Assembly: GCF_009834535.1 (NCBI RefSeq)
Contig: NC_045696.1
Coordinates: 32,056,001 to 32,120,000, forward strand
Direction: 5' to 3'
From: Camelus ferus
Lineage: Eukaryota
DNA: 64,000 nt
Position numbers and translations under genes: made by a program. This document shows positions 12,760-24,312 of this stretch, piece after piece (within the stretch, counting starts at the first letter, position 1; every line of letters begins with the position of its first letter). The notes under the pieces are model-generated. The model worked only from the letters and a program-made list of their open reading frames with translations. It made no database searches and was not told where the DNA came from.

Positions 12760-13452
12760 AGCTTGCCCTTGTGTCTGGTGCTCTGTAGAGCTGCCGCCGC
12801 CGCTGCCGCCGCAGCCGCTGCCGCCGCCGCAGCCGCTGCCGCCGCCGCCGCCTCCGCCGCCACTGCCGCCACTGCCACTGCTGCTGCTGCAGCCTGAGCA
12901 TCCGGGAGCCGCCGCCGCCGCCGCTACTGCCTCTAGCGCCGCTTCCACCGCTGCCACCTCCCCTCCCAGGACCCCGAGACACCCCGAGCGCGAGCGCGGC
13001 TGCTGCTTGCTTGCTCCCCCTCTTCACCGCCCCTCCCTTCCGTGACCTACCCACTCCTTGCAGCCCTCGTCCGCACCTTCTCCGACACCCCGGCATCCTT
13101 GCACCACCTGCTCGACAGCTCCGGCGGGCGCTGGTACTTGCTGTGCGCGCCGAGAGGAAGGCAAGCTCCGAACCCGTGCCTGGCAGACCGGCTGTCACGG
13201 CTGCACCACCAGCAGGAGGAAGAGGAAAAGAAACTATTTTGCCCACCGAAACCCCATTCTGCGGGTGCTTTGCCGTTGCCGCTTCTGCAGCTGCCGATCC
13301 GCGTCCGAGGGTTCGAGCACCGCAGCGGCGCGGACCGTGGGTCCGGCGGGCTCCGCAAGGAAGACACCGGCGGAGCTCTGAGCTCTGGTGCCCCGCTTAT
13401 CAGCATCTCTTTGCCCCTCTCATTCCTTCCCCAACCCTTTAGCGAAGGGACC
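12760..13452 (+). other. CADM2: CADM2 exon 1 5' UTR (start approximate), GC-rich with no ATG on the + strand
   Basis: Lies between the CCAAT/GC-box cluster and the ATG. The TSS is inferred from promoter motifs, not observed. Confidence 0.7.
12790..12894 (+). repeat. Interrupted (GCC)n/GCN trinucleotide repeat, 35 triplets
   Basis: Runs of GCC interrupted by GCT, GCA, TCC and ACT. A further (GCC)5 lies at 12908-12922. Confidence 0.95.
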
Positions 13453-13513
13453 ATGATTTGGAAACGCAGCGCCGTTCTCCGCTTCTACAGCGTCTGCGGG
13501 CTCCTGCTACAAG
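13453..13513 (+). CDS. CADM2: CADM2 first coding exon (most of the signal peptide, MIWKRSAVLRFYSVCGLLLQ plus 1 nt, phase-1 intron)
   Basis: Translation matches the recalled N-terminus of mammalian CADM2. ATG context is gggaccATGa (A at -3). It is followed by donor AAG|GTAATC (GT at 13514-13515) and lies inside the CpG island. Confidence 0.96.
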
Positions 13514-15506
13514 GTAATCCCCGCCCCGCCGCGGGGAGCATCAACTTCACGCCCATTCCCCATCATCCTCACTCCACCCCATATTTCCACTCTCCCCCTT
13601 CCAGTCCCTCAGTCCCCGGCGATTTCCACCCCCTCCCCCTACTCCCCGGTGCGGCAGGGGGCAGTGGCAGTTTGCTCCAGCCCCTCGAATTTCTGATGCT
13701 GGCTCAACCCCACTCTCCCAGCAGTCAGCCCCTTACGCGGCACCTTTCGCCTTTTCATTCACCTGAGCTTCCTACATCTCTCACTATCCATCCTCGCCGG
13801 CAGCCCCTCCCCACACGCACACACACACACACACTCCCACGCCTTTTGGCTGGCAACTTGTGCCTTCTCTGAACATTCCACCCTCCCACCAACCCCCATC
13901 AGCCACCTCCCACATCACGCTCCTGACCGACCCTCTCCATCTCTTGTCATCTCTTTAACCTCCTCCCCCTTTTCGGGTCGCCTTTCTCTTTCCCCTTCTT
14001 CCCACCATCATCATATCCGTGTGTCTTTAAAAAGTGTGTGAGAGTCTGGGAGCGAGCTATTGAGACGGCGAGAACAGCAGCAGCGGCAGCACCGTGTGCA
14101 TTGCAATAACATCCCCAGGAGGGAAATGTGTTGTGAGACATGTCATTCACCTAGGAAGAGAGGAGGCTGGGGTTAAGAAGATAAATTAAATAAATAAATA
14201 GATAAGAGAGGGGAAAAGAGAAAGGAAGAAAGATACGATAGGAAAAAAAGAGTGAAAAGAAAAAGAAAGAATGAATAAATGAACCAAGAAATAAAAAGAG
14301 CCAAGGGAAGGGAAAAATTGAGACTCAAAGCCACTTTGTGAACAAACCGACTTTTTTTTGTTGTTGTTGTTATTCAGTCTGTGTGTTTTTCTTTTTCTTT
14401 TCTTAAAGCCAAGAAATATATGCACTGTAGCAGTTACTTTACTGCTAAGGGATTTTCGCTTAGATTCCCTAACCTCTCCATACGCTCTCTGCCGCTTCTT
14501 TCCATAATTAATATTATCCTTTCACGTGAAATGTTAGAACCCCGGCGACCGCAGTGGAGGGAAACGGCACAAAACACTGTTATTATGCAAATCACTGGGT
14601 TTGGATGTGGACTGGCTATGGAACTGGGGTGCACTTTTCCCCAGACCCTCTCTTGGAGGAGGGAGGAGGGAGCTGTGTGGAATGGGAGGACGAGGCTGAT
14701 TATGAAATAAATGGCAATACACGGAGTAGGAGTGCTTGGGGAGAGCACACTTTGGGTGGTGGTGGAAGCAGAGGCGGCATGCTAGGACTGAGTGGACAGG
14801 GGCTGTAAGGTGGAAGATTGTTGCTTTGAAGAGAGTAGTGTAGGGATGTGGCTTGAGTGTGAGATACAGGAAGGATGGATGTGAAATGATGGTCGTATGA
14901 TTTTTTTTTAAGCTAGGTGATTTGATTTCTTGATAATTCTTTGCCCACCTCTAACCCTTCTGTCATCATTTGTGTATTTGTAGGAAAGATAAGTTGATCA
15001 AATTTATTTGTCCCTGGGTAAAAGGAATCTGAAAGTAAGACTCACGTAGAACAGGAGTGCAAAACCCAGTCGGCCTTTGGAGGATTTAAATGAGGTCAAT
15101 GAACCATCTTTCAGCAAGTTCTTGGAATGCATCCTCTCCTGTCCTCCTCTGGTATATAGACCAGGACTGTATTTTATTTATGCATGTTTATGAATGTGAA
15201 AGAGATAATGGGCATAATTTTCCTAAATTAACTAACTGACCTTGCAGAGATATTTCTTGGAATATTTTGTGGTAATTATGTGTATTTTTTGTTTGATGTA
15301 AATTTTAGATATGTCATGTGCCAGAATCTCTGAGAAGGCAGACAGCCCATTCTTCCTGCTTATGCCGCCTGATCCCATTTCCCTCACACCCCTACCCTCG
15401 CGAGTAACCCGATGGCGGACACATTACTTGGGTTTTCAATCCGTGCTGAAACATCCTTCCGGAGACCTCACTTCACCTCTCAGTAACTTGTATTTCTCAG
15501 CTCTGC

Positions 15507-15510
<4 letters not shown>

Positions 15511-15544
<34 letters not shown>

Positions 15545-15564
15545 TGTGTGTGCCCGCGCGCGCG
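15511..15564. repeat. (TG)16-AG-(TG)4-CC-(CG)5 alternating purine-pyrimidine tract
   Basis: Direct inspection. Confidence 0.95.
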
Positions 15565-15842
15565 CATCCGCTCACACCACGCCGGGTAAGGGGAATGTGA
15601 TATGAGGAAATCAGTTAATTTGGTGATTGCGATGAAAATTCGACACCGCTGGATGTGTTTTCCCTGCCAATCTGTGTGTGCCGGCCCCGGCACGTCACTG
15701 CACACACTGCTGGGCTGGTGCAAGAAGATTATTTATTATAGAGCATGTGGGCAATGGACTACACTTGGGGGTCGCCTCCTCTCTGCCTTCAACATTTCCC
15801 TGTGAATTGTCTATTCAGTGCACTGCAAAATAACTGTCTGCT

Positions 15843-15844
<2 letters not shown>

Positions 15845-15876
<32 letters not shown>
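15845..15876. repeat. (TC)16 microsatellite
   Basis: Direct inspection. Followed immediately by AG. Confidence 0.95.
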
Positions 15877-15879
<3 letters not shown>

Positions 15880-18800
15880 CTGAAGGAGGATTTACTCTTT
15901 CTCTACCCGGAGAGATTCCATCAGCTGCATTATGTTTTATTAAGGGCATGGGTCTCTTTTATTAAGTATGTAAACCAATGATTAAGACAGTGCTGCTTTT
16001 CACAGCAGACTGGGGTGAAGGGGTGAGGGGGAGTGGAAGGGGTGTTGATAACCAGAGAAAATGCACCACTGCAACCAGCAGCAGCACCAGCATCAGGTCC
16101 AAATAAATAAATAGTGTCCTAAACAGAAACCGTAGAAAGAGCACCAGCTCAAGGATTATCTGTACTTCTGAGCATCTTAGATCAAGCCATATTAATACAC
16201 CAAAAGAGAGAAGAGAATTTAAAGGGGGAAAAAAATAAAAAAATAAACTAGAAGGGGGAGGAGGCGCAAAACCCCTGTTGAATTGTCTTCTCATGTTTAT
16301 GGCTGCCTCACATTTATCAAACACCGTTCCAACAGACACATCACACTTTGTTGATATTGTCAGTTCCTGCTCAAACAAATTGTTATGCCTTCCTGGTCTT
16401 GGTTTTGGCTGAAAAACATTGCTTGAGGGTCCAGGTTTATGTTTCTCCCACCACTCTACTGTTTTATTAGGGCTTGGTTAGGTTGTAAAATGAAAGCTTT
16501 ATTTCCTGGACACAGATTAAATACTTAGCAGGTCTTTCCTCTCTATGCCCAGGAAAGGAAGAGTAGTGAGGGAACTAGTGAGCAACTGATTTTGGACAGA
16601 GGTAGTCTGCTCTGCCTGCTAGTAGTTATGACTAGGCAAATAGTGTAGGCAGTCTCCAGCTCCTTATATTTAGCATTACCACCCCTATGGTGGTATTTTG
16701 TCACTTAAGTAGTACTTATCAATTTATTTATCCTTTCTTTATTATCCCCTTTTTTGCAGTGTGCATTAGTTTAGACAGGAATATTCATTTGAACGTATCT
16801 TCCCTGTGGCTTCACTGTGTTTTACATTGTCATCAATTTTTTTTTAACTTTTCTAGGAAGCAAACTCAATCTTTAGGCCTGTTAATATGTAGATTGATAA
16901 GCCAGTGGTGAGAATCAAGTTAATGACAAAATGAGTTTTTTTTTTTTTTAAAAAAAGGCTTAAATAATTCTATTCGACGACAATTCTATTCTACCAGCTC
17001 ATCCTCAATGAGTCTTTAGGACATGAATAGTTAGATAGAAAATAAATGTATTTCTGACCAAAGGATAACTTGGAATGTAGACTATGTAGATTACAAAATT
17101 TGCTTCATTGTTAAGCTATATAGCATCCTTTTTTATTTTCCTCCGTCATAGACAGGGAAAAATCTGGGGCAAGGGCAGAGGACACTTTAGACAAATGAAT
17201 TTCTTTACAATGAAGAGTGCAGAAGCTTGCCACCTGTAACTAAGACCTCTTCTTGGCTACAGAGTAAATCTAGTTCAATTTCTAACCCTCCCTGAAGCTG
17301 TATGCCTGAGGGGACACTGCAAAGATGGAGGCTGTCTTGTTTAGCACAGGAAATAACCCATAGAAAGGACAAAAAAAGAAAGAAGGGCAAAATATAACTA
17401 GAAAATAGACACACATAGAGAAGCCCTGATTTTGTGGAGAACTTTATTTCCTATTTAGAGTTAGTCTTACACAAAAACACATCCAACACAAATACTGGGG
17501 CTTTAGTTGTTTCTTTTGTTTGTTTTCGTTTTTGCCATGGGACATTTTGGTAAATGATGTGTTATAAAGAAAGATCTTCAAATTAAAGACCTATTGGACA
17601 TACATATTTCTTGCCTCAGTGTGTGTCCTGCACCTCCCCTTACATTTTTAGGAAACACATTATAATACAAAATACACTTACACACTCAGTAAAATTCTGG
17701 TACCTTAATACTTCCTAAAAGCATGTCTCTCCCATTCTTTTACCTCTGCATGTGGTAACCTTAGTCATGTCGAGCTCATTTCTTATGCTGAAGGCAGTTC
17801 CTGGGATAGAGCTCACTCCTCCCTTTTTTGACTAACAGCTGAAACTTTGAAAAGATTTTGTACATAAGAGTCAGTGACTATGACTTAAACAGTCAAACAT
17901 CAAACACTTAGTAATTAGGAAAATCTCTCTGCAAATGTAAGAATTTCCTTGACTAATTTAGTATCAAGATATGGAAGCTTACATTATTGTCTTTTCCCCA
18001 TTTCTACAACTATTAGAACTCGGGGAGCATAATATGACAAAGGTAAGCATCAACTGAGATGGCTGACCTCTTCCTGTCTTGTCCACCAGAAGGTCAGATG
18101 CTTGAAAAATAATTGCCCCACATTTAAATAGTGAGGTAATGTCATTTTTCTTAAAGAAAAACTTACTTAAATCACTTAAACAGCAAGTAGAACTGCAAAA
18201 AATGTTGGAAAACATTCTAAGCATGCTTTTTTAAAGGAGCCCCATGTCAACATCAAGTGGTTATCAATTTTCTTTTTAAAATAAAGAATCTCTGGGGAAT
18301 AAGATGATTGAGAGAAGTAAAACATGTATTATGAAGGATTTGGGTACATTAGTATTAGAACATAGACATATCATATTGATGTTTTATTTGATCAGCTGAT
18401 GCATTCTATGAGATTTATTGATTAAAAAAAGTCCTTGTTTTAATAGATTGCATTAAACCTCCTTGGCAAAGTCACCCATTGTGTAGCAGCTGGCCGAGTA
18501 GGTACAGGAGGCAGGGAAAAGGGAAATTACAGATCAAGTAAGTGGAACTCAGAAGCTGAAGAGCTGAAATCAGAAGTCCTTTGTGGAATTGTTTACCCTC
18601 TTAAAACAGCTCTATTGCCTGATTTACATTCAATTTAAGCTTCCTGAGGGCAAGCCCTGAGCTTTATTATCTGTGTAACTTCTTATTCTCAATTTAGTAG
18701 TGCATAATAAATAGTGTTGGATTGAATAATGAGTATGTTATAATCAGTCACGATGGTGTTAAATGGTCCCTTCTCTTCATAATATGTCAGCACTCATACT

Positions 18801-21800
18801 TTGTTAAATAGTGTGTGTAAGAGTTAATTTTAACATTTTGTAACATTTTGTAGGCTGTATTGGTTTAGGAAACAGTTTTCCTATAGAAAATTATAATAGC
18901 AATAGCTCTTGAGAAACATCCTTAAACAAATGCAGTTTGATCAGTTATTCTTTAACTTGATATACCCCTACCCATGTTTTTCTTTTCCATAATTAAAAAT
19001 CCCAGATTTCACAGGAGATCCATGAGAGGAAAAAAAAATGAAGGGCATGATTTAAATTTACTGATTTAACCTAAAATATTTGAAAGGACAAGTTCATTGC
19101 CAACATTTTATTTGAAAATGTCAAGCATTTTTGGAGTGCAGTTCTGTCGTATCAAAAAAAGACATCTTCTGCAAATTCCTTGTGTAAAGAGGTGGGTAAG
19201 GATTAACCTAGAGTTGTGGCAGCTGAAGCCCCCTGCTGTGTGATGATGCAAATGGCATCTCAGGTCTAACGTGCTCTGCAGCGGCAGACAAACTCGCAGG
19301 AACGCAGTCATGTGGCATAAGTGAAATGGGAAGTCTTTTCATAGCTTGTAGTGGACATGAACCATCCTTCAGCTTTTCATAACCAGAAATAATCCAGAGA
19401 ATATTTCTAATCACGTGAGCTCATGACACAGCAGAAGAGAGAATTTTGTTTAGAGATGAGTGTAATAAATAAATCCTAATAAAATTATCAACGTTTTCAT
19501 CAAATGAATGGTGAATAGTCCAAACTTGCAACTATCTTGCAAACTATCAGGACCACGGGTCAGTTTAATGAAAATAAATAGCAAAGTTAAAACAGGATTT
19601 CTATGCAATTATTTACATGTGTTGGACCTAATAAATGTTGAACTGGGCAATAATCTATTATCCCTCTCTTCCTTTAGTGAGTAAGAATCAGTCCCTTGGC
19701 TTTTTTTCCTTATTAGAATTTTTCCTGTTTTATGAGAATATAGTAATTTTAAAAGAAATAGGAATTAATTGTTCAATGTAGTTCAAATAGTTTATTTAGT
19801 GCCATAAAGTGAAATTTCTGTTAATGTCAAACCAGCAGAGAGTATTTCTTTTCTGAACAATTTTATTTATCATAGAGGCAAAAGCATCAAATAGGTTCCT
19901 TAATAAAAGTAAGAGTTGTGGACCAATTGTTATGGAAGCCTATCAGATAACAGTAACTAATGTAGCATTGTTTATTTTCATCCCATTTGCTACAGAACAA
20001 AATAATTGAACATACTATGCACATTGATTTTTATTCTAGAAATAAGTCCAATTGGTCTTGTTTATGTGCTCAGTGGATTTCTTTAAACAGATATGAAATT
20101 GTTTTCATGTTAGAAGTATGTATATATATGAAAATTAGGAAATACTCTGCTTAATTAGGTATGAGTTAAATATTAATGCCAAAATCAGAGGTGTAATTAT
20201 TGAGAGAGGAAATATTCCTCAGTCATTTATCTATATATATACACATATGCACACGCTTAAAATACACAGTTATTTTTAGGTCTGAAGGACATTTTGTGAG
20301 TAATTAGAGTCTGGGGCTCTTAGGGATGAAGTGTGAGGAAAAGGGAAAAGTTTATTTTGTTTGCATTCATTATTTTCTTTTACCCTTTTTATGGAGGTTA
20401 AAAAAGGTACTTTTAGACTACATTTTCTTAGGCTGTAGCAATGATTAACTTTTCCACTTAAAAACATGCACACGCAAGGTTTAGAGTTTCTGAATTTGCG
20501 ACAGAGCTGAACATTTGTTCTGAATTTTCTTTTGTGCTTGTGAAACTGAGTGATGGGAACCCACTGCTACCTGAATAGACACGGGGCTGAGGTTGTAAGG
20601 AGATCTGCCAGGGAGAGAGCCGGACATTAATTATTCACATTCTATTTTAGACGTCTTTGAAGTAAATATTAAGACAGTCATTGTTCCACACTGGGGATAA
20701 CTCTTTCTGAGTCAGCAAGTAGCTTTCACTTGAGTATTTAAATTATCTTTCAGCCATTTGAATGCTGAAGGGGGAAGCCCCTGTTTAGTCACAGTTGCAC
20801 AGTTATTCTAGGGGCTAGATACTGACGTCACTAGGGATAGTTTAGAAAATAAAAATAAGCATTCATTGGCCTTAAGGAACCAAAAAATCTTAAAGCTAAG
20901 TGTGGTCAAAGAGTGCAAATAATTTTATATAAGCAAAGAAAAGTTCATTTATAGGTTAAATTGACTCCCTTAATAATTTTATGTGTTTGATGTTGGTTTA
21001 TTTACAGTAACGGTGCATTGTTTATCTGAAGTCTTCTTTGAAAACAGAGTGAGAAGGCACCTTTCCTGACAAGGATGTGCTGCCGACTGCTAAGTGTATA
21101 GCTGTTATATTGATTCAGTGTAATTTATAAAGCCAATTAATTTGTTCTTGTAAAGAAATATTTTTAGCTTCTTTGCTAAATTGTTTGCATTTAAAGATGC
21201 AAGTGCCTCCCATAATGCTTACTTAAACATCAAAGCCTAAATTTATGATGCGTAAAATATGTTTCTACTTTGGTAATAAATTCATATTTTACATTCACTT
21301 GTCCTATATCCTCCCTGGGAGAAAATGTCCCTGACGCCTATACCTTCTGTTCCTTCTCCTACCTTACCTGTCCGCTGCTTTCAATCTTAAGTAGGAGACC
21401 TAAACCGAAATGAGAGATGATTAGAGTATTTGTATTTAAAAGCAAATAAGAAAATGCACAATAAGCTTCTTATTTAATTGTTGTTCCTTTATTACACTCT
21501 ATTTTATGGGCTGAAGTTTGATTAGTAACTCAGCTTCCTTTACACTCTTTAGGAATATAAAATCTCCCCACTCCACACCACCTACCAACCTGAAAGTCCC
21601 ATTAAAAGAAATTAACATGGAATGAAGAATAGTTAAAGGGAGTTTTGCTAAATCTAGTCTGTGTACTGAATACCTACAGATTGGGTGTTTTTTCTTTCAA
21701 CCTAAAAAGCGTGTACCCCAGTGCTTTAGCAAGGCTAGAACATGTACAATGTGCTTTTAGTAGTTTTTTGTTATTGTTATTATTGCATTTTCTGAGAGTG

Positions 21801-24273
21801 CAACCTCCTTAGTCTCATAATAAAAATGGCAAAAAGAGGAGGGAAGGCATATGAGTCAGCCAGCCAAACACACACAGAAAAGCCTGGCAAAGCCGACTAA
21901 ATTAGCATATGCTAGGCTGAGTATTTCCCTCTGCTGTTACATAACCCCGTTCTAATAGGAAATCACTTCTCCTACTTAACCCTTTCAGGTGGTTTGGAAT
22001 TCTACTGTTATGTTTCTATTTTGCTTCATTTATTTTCTCACAAATTGTGTAAATCATCTCTTGGAAGGGCTTTTATGCCAAATTCTTTTTTTTCCCTCTT
22101 CAGTCTTTCTGTATACAAATGTTCCATTCTGTGCTCAACTTCAGGATTCAAGAATCAACTTTTCTATAGCTTTCACAGAGAGGATCTAATTAGCATTTTA
22201 GGCTCTCTTCACTCGTGTGCAGCTTTCTTTAGAAAATGTATTAGTTCTATGAGGTTCCCCTACGGATTCATAATACTCTGGTTTGTTACATGTACTGTGA
22301 TATTCAGTGTGCCTTAATTATGCACGTGTCCTCATTTCAAAGCCTTTTCAGGGATCATGTGGGATAGAACAGGGGTCTGGCTGTAAGTTCACTGTCATGT
22401 ATTAATGTGTAGGTGGTATTCAGAGAAGGAAGTTTCTGAAGGCGATTATATATCTGTGACTCTAGTATAGCAAGCAGTTACATTCTACACTTACTAGTTA
22501 CCCTGCCAAGGCAGAATGAAATTCACCATTGTGATACATAATACACTATCTGTTATTTCTAAATAGCTCTTTGCTCTGGGAATGAGATAAAATAATGAGT
22601 GAAAATGTGTATCCCCTATCCTGAATAGGGATTGTTCCTTTCACTCTCCCAAACGAAAAGACGACTCAGAAATTGTTCTTAAGTCAATACTCTGTTCCTT
22701 AACTAGCCCATTAACACATTTTTGCTGTGGTGGGATCTTGAAGTTGTACTGGTTATTATTTGAGGCTATAGATTTTTAGGTAGTATTAATTGCTTGCAAT
22801 CTTATGTGCTGACAAATGTCAGTGCATTGCCAAACTTGAGGCATTATATTTTCAGTTTTTGATTTGGATGCAATGTGGACAACTGTAAAAATATACAGGG
22901 ATATTGAACAAGAGAGAGAAAGAGAGGGAGAAAGAGAGAAAAACATTTTTTTTTTTAACAGGGAATACACTAGTGGAGGGACAGGTGCAATAAGGGGCTC
23001 ATTTTGGTACATGTCATCATTTATAAGGAGGAGATTTTCCTACATTGCGTGAGTCTGAGAGTGTACATATGTTAATTTTACCCTTTGACTTGCATTCCTG
23101 TGTGCTATATATCATCAGAAAATTTGAATTTTATTTGTAAACATAACTTAATTTTTTTCTTTTTTTATGGCTATTGCAGTAAAAAAAATTGTAAGTTGAT
23201 ATACTAACAATTTTAACCAATTTTTGTTTCATTATTTTGCACAACTTTTTTTGAAGTCATATTATTATTAATGGTGGCTAAAACAATGTTGATATCCAGG
23301 AACCCATAGGAGTTTTTGATGAGAATTTTTGAGCAGAATCTGATGTGTTTTAGTAGACAAAAGAATGCCATTTGCCCTTTATTGATTATTTTAAGCATTT
23401 GTGTCTTCTTAGTTTATGAGATACCTAAGCATTTTATTTTGTCTATGCTATGATCTATATCCCTTAGTATATTTTTATTACAGCATTTTGAATGTTAGGT
23501 ACTTATCTATCCACCTCCCCTAGTGGACTGTAAGCCATTAGAGGGTCATGGTCTTCATTTTATTTCAAGTGCCTAATCGAATGTCTAGCCTGTGTATTTT
23601 TTTAATGTTTTCATTCCACTGATTGATTAGTTCTCTTCTAATCCATTTCATCCTGACACATCTCTTTAATTGGATCCAAATAATATTTGTCTTTATAATT
23701 GTCAAAATGCCTATATGGTATTCTGAATAGAATAAATATTTGCAATCAACTTAAATTCGTATGTCAAGTACGAGGGAGAAGACAAAAATGGATACTAAGT
23801 AACATAATTCTAAATAATGACATACTTCACAAAAAAATGCAGAATCACTCCGTTCAGTTAAGGTAATCAGTTCAAATTTGTCCTAAAAACATTTGTCTCG
23901 TAGCTTTGAATCTCCCTGATTTCTGTCGGCATCATAACCCCTTGTCTTTTTTTCCACTTATTAAAGATTTCTATGCCTGGCCCCCAAAATATTCCTGATG
24001 ATGACTGTGGGTAAACATGAAGCCAAATCACCTTACTGTTCTATTTAGAGTAGCTGGTATTTCTGGATAAATGTATAAACAAAGAGGAATTACGAACTGA
24101 CCTTGATCTGCCAGATTATCAGTGAGGACTGACCTGCTTTTGTTATTGCCAAGCTATAGAGTAAAGGTTCTCTGAGTAGTCTCTGAAGTACAGATTCAGG
24201 GTACACTCTTCTCAGTTTAACCGAGGTAGATTCCATTTGTTTTATTTAAAAGAACTTTTAAAGAAAATTCTAA

Positions 24274-24276
24274 ATA

Positions 24277-24307
<31 letters not shown>

Positions 24308-24312
24308 TTTTT
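24274..24312. repeat. (AT)n followed by poly-T
   Basis: Direct inspection. Confidence 0.9.

Larger units (their letters stand above)
12380..13760. promoter_or_regulatory. CpG island spanning the CADM2 promoter and exon 1
   Basis: Abrupt shift to high GC and dense CpG against an AT-rich, CpG-poor background. Edges approximate. Confidence 0.92.

Noticed and set aside
12580..12897. ATG-initiated 105-aa poly-Ala ORF as a gene
   Set aside because: The ATG lies upstream of the CCAAT/GC boxes and so probably outside the transcript. Only the near-cognate uORF version is kept as a hypothesis.
13042..13872. 276-aa ORF containing the CADM2 N-terminus
   Set aside because: It joins 5' UTR, the 61-nt coding exon and read-through into intron 1. 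Only 13453-13513 matches CADM2; the rest is low-complexity Pro/Ser sequence.
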